The notes beneath the pieces were generated by a model. It was not told the DNA's origin and made no database searches. It saw nothing but the letters and a program-made list of their open reading frames with translations. This document shows positions 21,762 through 31,242 of a stretch of DNA of 64,000 nucleotides, piece by piece. The translations under genes were made by a program, and so were the position numbers. How positions within the stretch are numbered: the stretch's first letter is position 1; each line of letters begins with the position of its first letter. The DNA comes from an uncultured cyanobacterium (GTDB taxonomy: Bacteria > Cyanobacteriota > Cyanobacteriia > Cyanobacteriales > Nostocaceae). The stretch is taken from positions 4,480,001 through 4,544,000 of the forward strand of contig OY970166.1 of NCBI GenBank assembly GCA_963706595.1. The letters are read 5' to 3'.

Positions 21762-22386
21762 TACCGTGATTAGTTGCGTCTATTGAAAATGCCAATCATC
21801 AGGTGTTGAACTTGGGGAGATTTTCCAACACCTTTTCGCTGAACTGTATTGAAGTGTGAACATAATTCGTAGTTAAGAACCCACAGATAAAGTCGATGGT
21901 TTGACATCAAGATGGCACTTTATTGTGGTTATGTCTCTTAAATTACAAATTATTCGGTCAGGATTTACGCGAGATTGCTTTCAGGCAAACAATATAAGTT
22001 GCCTCTTCTATTTTTATTTTCAGGTTTGCTTAGATTGATTCCGGAAGTTTTCTGGCTAAATACCTCAAATGTCTTGATTTCTGGTTATTTAGTGCGAAAT
22101 TACATCTGAGTCAGCACACAGGAACTGTTTAGATAAAAGTTTAGATTTGTTTAAGCGAACTACTTTCGTAATTATACTGGTACTGCTATATTAAATTTAG
22201 AACCCTGTTTTGGACATTGTTAGTTGGAGAGACGCGATAAATCGCCGTCTCTACAGAAAATATATCCGTCAATTAATTTTTGACACAATACTAGACTAAT
22301 GACAATACACATTAGTATGCCAAATTAACTAAAGAAATGCTTTCATTTAGTTTCCGCTTTGTCAGAATAAACATTGTAATAAATTT

Positions 22387-22569
22387 ATGGCTAAATCCGA
22401 TCCCGCAAAATTAAAAAATGTATCATTTAGTCTTCCGTTTGGCATTGGTTCTGTGGAGTGGGAAGCCGACCCAACAGAATGTAGAGCCGCTTGGTTACTT
22501 TACGTTGAATTAGTAACTCGCATTGCTGTTCAACGTTTAGAAATGGTAATTGCTGGAGTGAAGGAGTAA
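22387..22569 (+). pseudogene. Short ORF, probably an internally deleted remnant of a longer conserved hypothetical gene
   Basis: 60 aa SLPFGIGSVEWEADPTE..AAW.LYVELVTRI runs directly into IAGVKE; stop lies 3 bp before the TIR gene. Confidence 0.45.
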
Positions 22570-22572
22570 CCG

Positions 22573-23333
22573 ATGGAAAAGTTTGATGTTTTTCTTTGTC
22601 ACAATACTAAAGATAAGTCTGCGGTTATCGAAGTTGCCGAACAGCTAAAGCAATGCGGAATTGTACCCTGGTTGGATATTTGGCATTTACCCCCTGGTTT
22701 TCCTTGGCAACCTATACTAGAACAGCAGATAAACCAGATTGGAGCAGCAGCAGTTTTTGTGGGGGGATCAGGAATTGCCCTTGGCAGATTCAAGAAATCG
22801 ATGCATTTCTACGAGAATTTGTGAAGCGGCAATGTCCGGTTATTCCGGTACTTTTACCGGATGCTCCAACAGAACCAAAATTGCCTCCATTTCTCCAGGG
22901 TTTAACGTGGGTTGATTTCCGTTTAGAGTATCCTGAACCGATGGGACAGTTGACGTGGGGTATAACTGGACAGAAGCCACAGGGAAACTTACAGGTGGAT
23001 GATAAAAAGCCAGGAGAAGTATCGACAGAGAAATTTCTTGAAAATACAAAATCTCTGCCTAAACCTATTAGATGGAATGATCAAAAAAGACAAGAATTAA
23101 TTAAGATTGTCGAGAACGTATTTGAAGAAGAAGAATTAAAGACTATATGTTTGAATAATCGAGAAATATTACATGGAAATCCTTATAGTAAAATTCAAGG
23201 AAATACAATTAGTAACAGATTGAATTATTTAGTTGATTATTTAATTAGAAAAAATTTGATTCAATCTTTTCTAGAAATACTTATTAAAGAAAGCGAATAT
23301 TTTGCTTCTTTATTAGAATTTTTACACGGATAA
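22573..23333 (+). CDS. TIR-domain protein with C-terminal effector-associated domain (EAD-like); -1 frameshift near 22777
   Basis: FDVFLCHN..DK and PWLD.W in the first ORF; PWQIQEIDAFL and VIPVLLP..LTWVDFR in the second. GGA ATT G(G)C CCT TGG lacks one G. Confidence 0.85.
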
Positions 23334-23381
23334 GTAAGTTTTCAGGAAAGCTTATAAGTTTACCATTGATTTTTACAAAAT

Positions 23382-24908
23382 ATGGAATTCAGAGATAACC
23401 AAAGACAAGAATTAATTAAAATTATCGAGAACGAATTTGAAGAAGAAGAATTAAAAACAATATGTTTGAATAATACAGAAAAATTACATGGAAATCCTTA
23501 TAATCAAATTCAAGGAAATACAGTTAGTAGTAGATTAAATTATTTAGTTGATTATTTAATTAGAAAAAAGCTAGTAGATAATTTTTTAGAGTTATGTCTT
23601 AAAGACCCAGCTAATCAAAAAACTGAACTAAATAAATTTTATTCACAAAGATTAAGATTAAGATTAAAAAAAATATTTCATAAGTATAATTTTCAGATTT
23701 TAATTAATCTTTTAGAGAAATTTAAGGAAGATAGATATGTAATTAGTTCTTACAATAATTATTTAGAAAACAATGATAGCCCAAAAGAAAAAATAACATT
23801 ATTTGATATATCACAACTAATTGATGATTTATTGATGTTGATGTGTTCCAATTCTTACGAAGAAAATCATATTTCTGATAACTCTCATGAATCTTGTTAT
23901 TTACTAGATTTCGTAGAAAAGTTTTTGTGTGAAATTGTATATATTCAAAATATTAAAGAGGATTTACAAAAATGGATTAGAACAAATTGTCCAGAAGTGA
24001 AATTTCCTAATGAGATAAAAAGTCAAGATTTAAATAATATGAATATTGCTAATTATCTTTTTTTTGTCATAGAACCAAAGACTGGAAATAATAACAAGAG
24101 AGAGTTTTTTATCAAAGCTCAATTTGCACAATTTGCAAATAATAAGACTCAGGAAAAAATCAGAGAATTTCCTATTGAGTTCAACACAAAAAAAGCACCT
24201 GAAACTTATGCGGAAAAACAAATCATTGACTTTGTATATCAAAGCATTCAAGCAATGACAGAAAAGCTTAAACTAGAAGGAATTGAATTATCTAGCTTAC
24301 CAATTATAGAATTATTTGTACCTATCAGTATTCTAGGCACAGAATTTGATGTTAAAAAAATTACTGGAGACTTTGATACAAAAATGCCTATTGGTCAGTT
24401 ATATCCATTAATTGTGCGCTCTTATGAGAGATTTTCTAAAGATAAAAATGATAGATTAAACATTGTGTGGCAAGAAAAATGGACATCGTTACAAGATTTT
24501 ATTAATAATGCTCATAATACTCAAGAATTTATAAACAACGTTAACAGTAATAAGCCTTGTATTTCTAATCTAACTGCTGACCCTTTCCCGAATTCAAGAA
24601 ACAGGCGTAAATTGTTTGAGCGCATTTTGTCTGAAGGTTTTCCTTTATGCTTATGGACTAGATACACAGAAACTAATCAAATTGATAATATTCACCAATA
24701 TTTTCAACTTATCTTAAACATAGATTCTCATCCTTTTCCTGATTTTTGTAAATTATATAAAATCTTGAGAAATATTCATGATATTCGCAAAGAATACATG
24801 AAAGAAAAAGACGATTTTGGTTATAAATTAGGAGTATTATTTGACCATTATAAAATACCAACAAAATCTAGTCAACTAATTTCACCTAATACAGCAATGA
24901 AGGTTTAG
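23382..24908 (+). CDS. VMAP (vWA-MoxR-associated protein) with N-terminal EAD-like domain
   Basis: N-terminus duplicates the TIR protein's C-terminus; IELFVPISIL...IGQLYPLIVRSYER and GFPLCLWTR resemble VMAP-C; lies directly before MoxR and vWA genes. Confidence 0.75.
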   Translation: MEFRDNQRQELIKIIENEFEEEELKTICLNNTEKLHGNPYNQIQGNTVSSRLNYLVDYLIRKKLVDNFLELCLKDPANQKTELNKFYSQRLRLRLKKIFHKYNFQILINLLEKFKEDRYVISSYNNYLENNDSPKEKITLFDISQLIDDLLMLMCSNSYEENHISDNSHESCYLLDFVEKFLCEIVYIQNIKEDLQKWIRTNCPEVKFPNEIKSQDLNNMNIANYLFFVIEPKTGNNNKREFFIKAQFAQFANNKTQEKIREFPIEFNTKKAPETYAEKQIIDFVYQSIQAMTEKLKLEGIELSSLPIIELFVPISILGTEFDVKKITGDFDTKMPIGQLYPLIVRSYERFSKDKNDRLNIVWQEKWTSLQDFINNAHNTQEFINNVNSNKPCISNLTADPFPNSRNRRKLFERILSEGFPLCLWTRYTETNQIDNIHQYFQLILNIDSHPFPDFCKLYKILRNIHDIRKEYMKEKDDFGYKLGVLFDHYKIPTKSSQLISPNTAMKV

Positions 24909-24957
24909 AAATCTATATTGTAGTAATTAAATTATATATGAACACAAGGAGGAAACA

Positions 24958-26121
24958 ATGACTAAAAATAAACCAAAAAATGATTCAGAAAACCACAAAG
25001 ATTGGTATTTATTTTATGGCGATGGCAAAACTCATGTTAAAAAGATTGATGAACTTCCACCATCACCTCCTTGGCGAAAATTTTTAGATATTAAAAAAGA
25101 CTTAGAACTAGACAAAGAAATTAAAGAACAATGGGGAGAAATTCAAAAATTAGCAATCTCTGATGAAAATAAACGAGGTCGAGAAAAGGGTGAAAAATTT
25201 CGTGTTTCTAGTCAAGCAACAAAAGCAGATGATGACGAGTATACAAATAATACTAATATAACAGTATTAGATGCGGTAAATGCGGCGCTATATTTGCGAC
25301 GACCTCTTTTGGTTACAGGAAATCCCGGATCTGGAAAAACATCTTTAGCTTATGCGATCGCTCATGAATTACAATTAGGTTCTGTATTAACTTGGGCAAT
25401 TACTTCTCGTTCTACATTACAGGATGGATTGTATGATTATGATGCGATCGCACGACTCCAAGATTATCAGCTAAATAAAGACAACCTAGAGCAGAAACAA
25501 TCTTTTGATATTGGACAATATATCACATTGGGTCCAGTTGGTACAGCCTTTTTGCCATCTCTTCATCCTAGAGTATTATTAATTGATGAAATTGATAAAA
25601 GTGATATCAATTTACCTAACGATTTATTACATTTATTTGAAGAAGGTAAATTTGCCATACCTGAATTAGTCCGTTGGGCAGATACTTCTAAAATTGAAGA
25701 ATCTAAAATTGAAGAATCTAAAACTGTAAAAGTTCGTACAGAAGATTCAAATATTAAAGCTGCAATTAAAGCAGGTAGAGTAAATTGTTCAGAATTTCCC
25801 ATTATTATTATGACCAGTAATGGTGAACGAGATTTTCCTCCTGCATTTGTACGTCGGTGTCTGCGGGTAAAAATGCCAGATCCTGATCAACAATCTTTAA
25901 CAAACATAATTAAATCTCATTTTACTGATAGTAGTTTTACTCAGACTGAACAAAAAACTATTGAACTCATACAGACTTTTTTAGGGAAAGAAGAACAAGA
26001 ACGAGCAACAGATCAGTTATTAAATGCAGTTTACATGAGAAATAATCTTAGTTCTGAAGCTTTTACCCAAGATTTACAAGATTTATTGTTTAAAAGTTTA
26101 TCTGCGACTGATGAACAATAA
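24958..26121 (+). CDS. MoxR-family AAA+ ATPase (VMAP-system type)
   Basis: PPWRKF, NAALYLRRPLLVTGNPGSGKTS, YDAIARLQD, LLIDEIDKSDINLPNDLL, TSNGERDFPPAFVRRC. Confidence 0.92.
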   Translation: MTKNKPKNDSENHKDWYLFYGDGKTHVKKIDELPPSPPWRKFLDIKKDLELDKEIKEQWGEIQKLAISDENKRGREKGEKFRVSSQATKADDDEYTNNTNITVLDAVNAALYLRRPLLVTGNPGSGKTSLAYAIAHELQLGSVLTWAITSRSTLQDGLYDYDAIARLQDYQLNKDNLEQKQSFDIGQYITLGPVGTAFLPSLHPRVLLIDEIDKSDINLPNDLLHLFEEGKFAIPELVRWADTSKIEESKIEESKTVKVRTEDSNIKAAIKAGRVNCSEFPIIIMTSNGERDFPPAFVRRCLRVKMPDPDQQSLTNIIKSHFTDSSFTQTEQKTIELIQTFLGKEEQERATDQLLNAVYMRNNLSSEAFTQDLQDLLFKSLSATDEQ

Positions 26122-26176
26122 AAACTTCAAAAATATTTTAGTCTGAGACAATTGGTATTGGAGTCAGCAAAAAACT

Positions 26177-29100
26177 ATGAGTGAGAAATTTGACCAGTTA
26201 ATTAGAGTATTACAAAAAGAATTAAAGCTAACTGGTACAGAAATCGCTGAAATTCTCTGGTTAGCACAACAAACCTCGTCTAATTTTTCTGGTCAAAAAA
26301 TACAAGATTCATCTAATGAACCAAAAACAATAATTAAAGATGTACCAGAAGATATACCAGCAGATATACCAAAAGACAGACCATTTGATATACTAAGTGA
26401 CCCACCCCCACCAACAAATGTTATTCAGCCAGAACCATCAACTGCTGTAGTTACTCCTCAAACCTCAAAGACATCTTCTGGTAGCGGTTTATCGATAAAG
26501 CTTCCTGACCGTTCATCTCTTCCTTATCCCTTAAAAATTGCTAAAGCATTACGTCCTTTAATTCAATATATTGCCTTTGGTAAAGCAGTTTTGTTAGATG
26601 AAAATGCCACAGTTGAACTGACTGCTGAATTAAATGGAGTCTGTATTCCTGTTCTGAAACCGCAACTAGAATTAAGATTTGATTTAACAGTAGTAATCGA
26701 TAAAAGTGATTCTATGATTTTTTGGCAAGGCATAACCAAAGAATTAGAACAAATTTTAAAACATTATGGTATTTTTCGCAATATTCAAACTTTTGGTATG
26801 GTGGAAAATGAGCAAGGAGATATTTGTTTAAGACAAGAAATAAGTAAAAAAAAATATTCAACTCAGAAATTAATTGATCCTAGTGGTCGTCGTTTAATCT
26901 TAGTAGTGAGTGATTGTGTTAGTGAAATTTGGCGCAATGGCAAAGCTTTTGATTTATTAAAAATTTGGGGTAAACATAATGTTGTAGCTATTGTGCAAAT
27001 GTTACCGGAAAAAATGTGGTTAAGAACTGGCTTGAGTTTAGGCACAATGGTACAGTTAGATAGTTTAATTCCCGCAGTATCCAATCGTAATTTATTCATT
27101 AAAGAAATTTTAATTTGGGATTATATTGATCAAAATTCTATCAAAGTTCCTGTTTTTAGCCTAACACAAAATTCTATAGAAACTTGGAGTCAAATGGTAA
27201 CAGGAAAAGGAAATATAGGTGCAGGTGGCTTTGCATTTTCTTCTCTTCAAGAGCAAGAGAAAGAAAGTGATGAGCAATCACAATTAACTATTGAAGAAAG
27301 AATACACAATTTTCGTGTGAGTTCCTCCCCCGTAGCCAGAAAATTAGCCAGTTTATTAGCGTCTGCACCTGTAATTAATTTGCCTGTAGTGCGTTTAATT
27401 CAAAATTTAATTAATAAAAATAATAATTTAGAACTTCCTCAAATTCATGTCATAGCTGAAGTATTTTTAGGTGGTATTTTAAAACCTACCAAAGAAATTA
27501 CACCAGATACTGACCCAGATTATGTTCAATATCATTTTATTGATGAAAAAATTAGAGATAGCTTACTTTCAGACAGTTCCAGAGTCAAGTCACGGGAAAT
27601 AATTGAAATTATTTCTGAATATTTTGCTAAACAACTGGGAAAAAATCTTAAAGAATTTTATGCGTTGTTAAAAAAGCCAGATGAGTTAGAAAAATTAAAA
27701 ACCGAGAAGAATGTTACAGATTTTGATGTCAAACATTTTGCCACTATCACTACCAAAGTTTTAAAACGTTTAGGAGGAGATTATGCTCGATTTGCTGAAG
27801 AAATTGAACAGTCTCAAAATCCACAACGAAAAGATACCGAACCTAGCATTTTTCAAGTATTTGCTGGAGAATACACTTGTTCAGTTAAATGGGGTGGAGA
27901 AACAGGTATTTGGCGTAAAGAATCACAACCAGAACATTTATGGATTTCTCCACAAGGTGAAGTGCAGTTTCGTTCTCGTTTTGGGTTGGCGGTAATTCAA
28001 AATTTAACTATAAATGAGCAAAGGTTATCTTGGAATTTTGGTGATAATCAAACTGCTGCTAGTATCACTTTTAAGGTAAATAGCGAAGATAGCTACTTTT
28101 GGGGAGATAATCAAACAGGAAAGTTATTTCAAGGATGGTTGAATTATCCCAAGGAAGGCAAAATAGATTTTCGAGGTAGGTTGGTAATTAGTGACCCATT
28201 ACAAGGTTTCCCTCCAATTCAAGATTTAACCTTTGAAGCCGTAAATATTTCTGTTGAGGATGATGATGTAAATTACAACCTGCAATCTTTTGAGTTTGAA
28301 GTTGCGCTCATCACAGGAATTAAAGAAGCTAATACAACTAATCCTATAGAAGTTGCTAATAATTTAGTATTTTCCCAGACAGAAAAACATTTGACTGAAG
28401 TTGAACAGCTAATTATACAAGAAACAATATCAGATAAAACTTATGAGCAAATCGCAGCATCATCAAATTGCTCTACAGAATACCTAAAAGAATTAGCATA
28501 TCGATTATGGGAAATTTTTTCAACAGCTTTGGGTGAAAAAGTTAATAAAAGAAATTTCAAGAATGTTATTCAACTGCAAGTAAATAATTCTCTAATAAAT
28601 ATTCGTCGTAGTCGTCAAACAGCCAATTATTTTATTGAAGAATTGAATGGTGTTCAACTAGAAATGGTGTCTATTCCTGAAGGCAATTTTACGATGGGGT
28701 CGCCAAAAGAGGAACCAGCGCGTTTTAGTGATGAAAGTCCTCAACACGAAGTAACTGTTCCAGCTTTCTTCATGGGCAAATACACAGTAACACAAGCACA
28801 GTGGCAAGCAGTGGCATATCTGCCGCAAGTTAACCGAGAACTAAAGCCTGACCCTTCTAAATTTAAGGGTGCAAATAAACCTGTAGAGCAAGTTTCTTGG
28901 TACGATGCAGTTGAATTTTGTCAGCGTCTTACTGCCCATACAAAAAGACAGTATCGCCTACCCAGCGAAGCAGAATGGGAATATGCCTGTCGTGCTGGAA
29001 CTACTAGCCCATTTCACTTTGGTGAGACAATCACATCAGAATTGGCTAACTATGATGCTACCTCCATTTATGGCAGGGGTGTAAAAGGAAGCTACAGAGA

Positions 29101-29422
29101 GGAGACTACACCTGTGGGCAGTTTTAAAGCAGCTAACAACTTTGGACTATACGATATGCACGGAAATGTATGGGAATTGTGTCTTGATGATTGGCATAGT
29201 AATTATGAAGGAGCGCCAGGAAATGGTAGTGCGTGGTTTGATGATAATAATAACCTTTCTCAAAAGCAAGGAAAAGCCTTACTGCGGGGCGGTTCCTGGG
29301 TCTACTCTCCTAAGTACTGCCGTTCTGCGTCTCGCAGCAACGATCTTAGGGCGGAGCGCGTCGATGTCAAATACAGTATCGGTTTTCGTGTTGTCTGTGC
29401 TGTTGGCAGGATTCTTCAGTAG
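26177..29422 (+). CDS. vWA-type (SAV_2336-N-like) protein fused to a lectin-like insert, an HTH-like domain and an FGE-sulfatase (CLec-fold) domain
   Basis: EIAEILWLA, ALRPL, LDENAT, VIDKSDSM, LVVSDCVS..W, QMLPEKMW.RT; KTYEQIA...GEKVNKRN HTH-like segment; F.MGS, YRLPSEAEWEYACRAG, FGLYDMHGNVWE, RGGSW, GFRVVC. Confidence 0.85.
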   Translation: MSEKFDQLIRVLQKELKLTGTEIAEILWLAQQTSSNFSGQKIQDSSNEPKTIIKDVPEDIPADIPKDRPFDILSDPPPPTNVIQPEPSTAVVTPQTSKTSSGSGLSIKLPDRSSLPYPLKIAKALRPLIQYIAFGKAVLLDENATVELTAELNGVCIPVLKPQLELRFDLTVVIDKSDSMIFWQGITKELEQILKHYGIFRNIQTFGMVENEQGDICLRQEISKKKYSTQKLIDPSGRRLILVVSDCVSEIWRNGKAFDLLKIWGKHNVVAIVQMLPEKMWLRTGLSLGTMVQLDSLIPAVSNRNLFIKEILIWDYIDQNSIKVPVFSLTQNSIETWSQMVTGKGNIGAGGFAFSSLQEQEKESDEQSQLTIEERIHNFRVSSSPVARKLASLLASAPVINLPVVRLIQNLINKNNNLELPQIHVIAEVFLGGILKPTKEITPDTDPDYVQYHFIDEKIRDSLLSDSSRVKSREIIEIISEYFAKQLGKNLKEFYALLKKPDELEKLKTEKNVTDFDVKHFATITTKVLKRLGGDYARFAEEIEQSQNPQRKDTEPSIFQVFAGEYTCSVKWGGETGIWRKESQPEHLWISPQGEVQFRSRFGLAVIQNLTINEQRLSWNFGDNQTAASITFKVNSEDSYFWGDNQTGKLFQGWLNYPKEGKIDFRGRLVISDPLQGFPPIQDLTFEAVNISVEDDDVNYNLQSFEFEVALITGIKEANTTNPIEVANNLVFSQTEKHLTEVEQLIIQETISDKTYEQIAASSNCSTEYLKELAYRLWEIFSTALGEKVNKRNFKNVIQLQVNNSLINIRRSRQTANYFIEELNGVQLEMVSIPEGNFTMGSPKEEPARFSDESPQHEVTVPAFFMGKYTVTQAQWQAVAYLPQVNRELKPDPSKFKGANKPVEQVSWYDAVEFCQRLTAHTKRQYRLPSEAEWEYACRAGTTSPFHFGETITSELANYDATSIYGRGVKGSYREETTPVGSFKAANNFGLYDMHGNVWELCLDDWHSNYEGAPGNGSAWFDDNNNLSQKQGKALLRGGSWVYSPKYCRSASRSNDLRAERVDVKYSIGFRVVCAVGRILQ

Positions 29423-29498
29423 CCCTTTATACTTTTTCTCTTTTGTCCTTTACCCTTCTTTTTTTCCTTTTTTAGCGGAGCGATCTTTTTTTAAAAAA

Positions 29499-29629
29499 TA
29501 CAGTAAGTCGGCACAAATAAACTTAACTATGTAACAGAATGTAAAAACCCCAAAACTCTTGCGATTGCTTCATTCCACTTCGTTCCATTCGCAATGACAT
29601 ACATTGAAATTTTTACGCCGACCTACTTA
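29499..29629. mobile_element. MITE-like element between the two FGE-sulfatase genes
   Basis: AGTAAGTCGGC...GCCGACCTACT imperfect TIRs; same family as 17189-17330. Confidence 0.55.
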
Positions 29630-29717
29630 TTACACTTGATAATTATTAAAAAATCGTATTTTGGGATATAACCCGAATTAGACGCAAACTTAATTAAAAA
29701 TTTATTAAATATAGTCA

Positions 29718-30563
29718 ATGTCCAAAATAGTTATAAACAGAACGCAAAAGACAGCCCAATACTATGTAGAAGATTTGGGCGATGGAATTGGGTTAGATAT
29801 ACTGCTGATTCCTGGGGGTAGTTTTATGATGGGTTCACCAGAGAATGAACTGGAACGCAGGGAATCAGAAAGCCCCCAGCATTTAGTAAATATTCAACAA
29901 TGTTGCATGGGTAAATATCCAATCACTCAACCACAGTGGAAAGCTGTTGCAGCGTTAGCAAAGGTGAATAAAGACCTAGACGCTGACCCCTCTAAATTTA
30001 AGGGTGTAAATAGACCTGTAGATCGAGTCTCTTGGTACGATGCAGTTGAATTTTGTCAGCGTCTTACTGCCTACACAAAAAGGGAGTACCGTCTACCTAG
30101 TGAAGCAGAATGGGAATATGCCTGTCGTGCTGGAACTACTAGCCCATTTCACTTTGGTGAGACAATCACATCAGAATTGGCTAACTATAGAGCTACTGAA
30201 ACTTATGGCAGGGGTGTAAAAGGAATTTATAGAAAGGAGACTACACCTGTGGGCAGTTTTAACGCAGCTAACAACTTTGGACTATACGATATGCACGGAA
30301 ATGTATGGGAATGGTGTCTTGATGATAGGCACGAAAACTATGAAGGAGCGCCAACAGATGGCAGAGCTTGGTTTAATGATAATAATAATGATAATATTTA
30401 CCAAAAAAAAGGAAGATCCTTACTGCGGGGCGGGTCCTGGTACGACAATCCTAGAGGCTGCCGTTCCGCGTCTCGCGGCAGTCTCACTAGGGCGGAGCGC
30501 GACAACCGCAACCACAGTTTTGGTTTTCGTGTTGTTTGCGCTGTTGGGAGGACTTTTAAGTAG
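29718..30563 (+). CDS. Stand-alone FGE-sulfatase/SUMF1 (CLec-fold) protein
   Basis: Same motifs as the vWA C-terminal domain, with long near-identical DNA blocks. Confidence 0.9.
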   Translation: MSKIVINRTQKTAQYYVEDLGDGIGLDILLIPGGSFMMGSPENELERRESESPQHLVNIQQCCMGKYPITQPQWKAVAALAKVNKDLDADPSKFKGVNRPVDRVSWYDAVEFCQRLTAYTKREYRLPSEAEWEYACRAGTTSPFHFGETITSELANYRATETYGRGVKGIYRKETTPVGSFNAANNFGLYDMHGNVWEWCLDDRHENYEGAPTDGRAWFNDNNNDNIYQKKGRSLLRGGSWYDNPRGCRSASRGSLTRAERDNRNHSFGFRVVCAVGRTFK

Positions 30564-30581
30564 CCCTTTACACTTCTCCGG

Positions 30582-31217
30582 CTATGTTGTGACGCTCTGC
30601 ATTAGTTGATTTGCCTGGGACGCGATCGCCTGCCAATTTCCTTCTCTAACAAGCTTTTCAGGAAATAATTGACCACTCAAACCCACAGCGATCGCACCAG
30701 CTTGGATAAATTCTGGAGCATTTTCTAAAGTCACTCCCCCAGTGGGAATTAAGGGAATTTCACCCAGTGGACCTTGTAAACTTTTAATATAATTAACTCC
30801 TCCCACAGCTTGCACAGGAAACACCTTCACACAGCTTGCACCCTGATTCCAAGCAGTGACAATTTCTGTGGGAGTCATAGCACCGGGGATAATCGGCACA
30901 TCTTGTTTGACTGCGGCTTGAATCATGGCAGAATCAACGTGAGGGGAGAAGAGAAATTGCGCCCCAGATGCGATCGCCTCTTGCAATTGTCCGACATTAA
31001 ACAGCGTCCCCGTGCCAATGAGACAATTTGGTAACTCCGCCCGTAATAGACTAATTAATTCCCCAGGGCGATCGCTATTCCAGGTAATTTCAATCAGCCG
31101 CATTCCCCCAGCCGCAGCAGCCATAGCCATATTTTGAGCTAACCGCATATCTGAAGCGCGAATAACTGCGATCGCACGGTGTTTTTGCAGATGTGATAAC
31201 CAAACTTGATCAGACAT
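30582..31217 (-). CDS. eda: KDPG/KHG aldolase
   Basis: IAVIRA, IEITW, IGTGT, PGAMTPTEI, VKVFP, PTGGV. Confidence 0.9.
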   Translation of the reverse strand: MSDQVWLSHLQKHRAIAVIRASDMRLAQNMAMAAAAGGMRLIEITWNSDRPGELISLLRAELPNCLIGTGTLFNVGQLQEAIASGAQFLFSPHVDSAMIQAAVKQDVPIIPGAMTPTEIVTAWNQGASCVKVFPVQAVGGVNYIKSLQGPLGEIPLIPTGGVTLENAPEFIQAGAIAVGLSGQLFPEKLVREGNWQAIASQANQLMQSVTT

Positions 31218-31242
31218 TGAATAAAAACGTGAGTTCGACGGA

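Noticed and set aside
25687..25722. 15-bp tandem duplication (SKIEE x2) in MoxR
   Set aside because: In-frame slippage in a probable loop; no evidence of function
29423..29717. Possible DGR template repeat between the FGE-sulfatase genes
   Set aside because: No AAC-rich copy of the variable region; only a pyrimidine tract and a MITE-like element. No RT ORF in the window
29142..30609. Alternative-frame ORFs 29142-29534 and 30277-30609 that resemble each other
   Set aside because: Shadow frames of the duplicated FGE-sulfatase DNA
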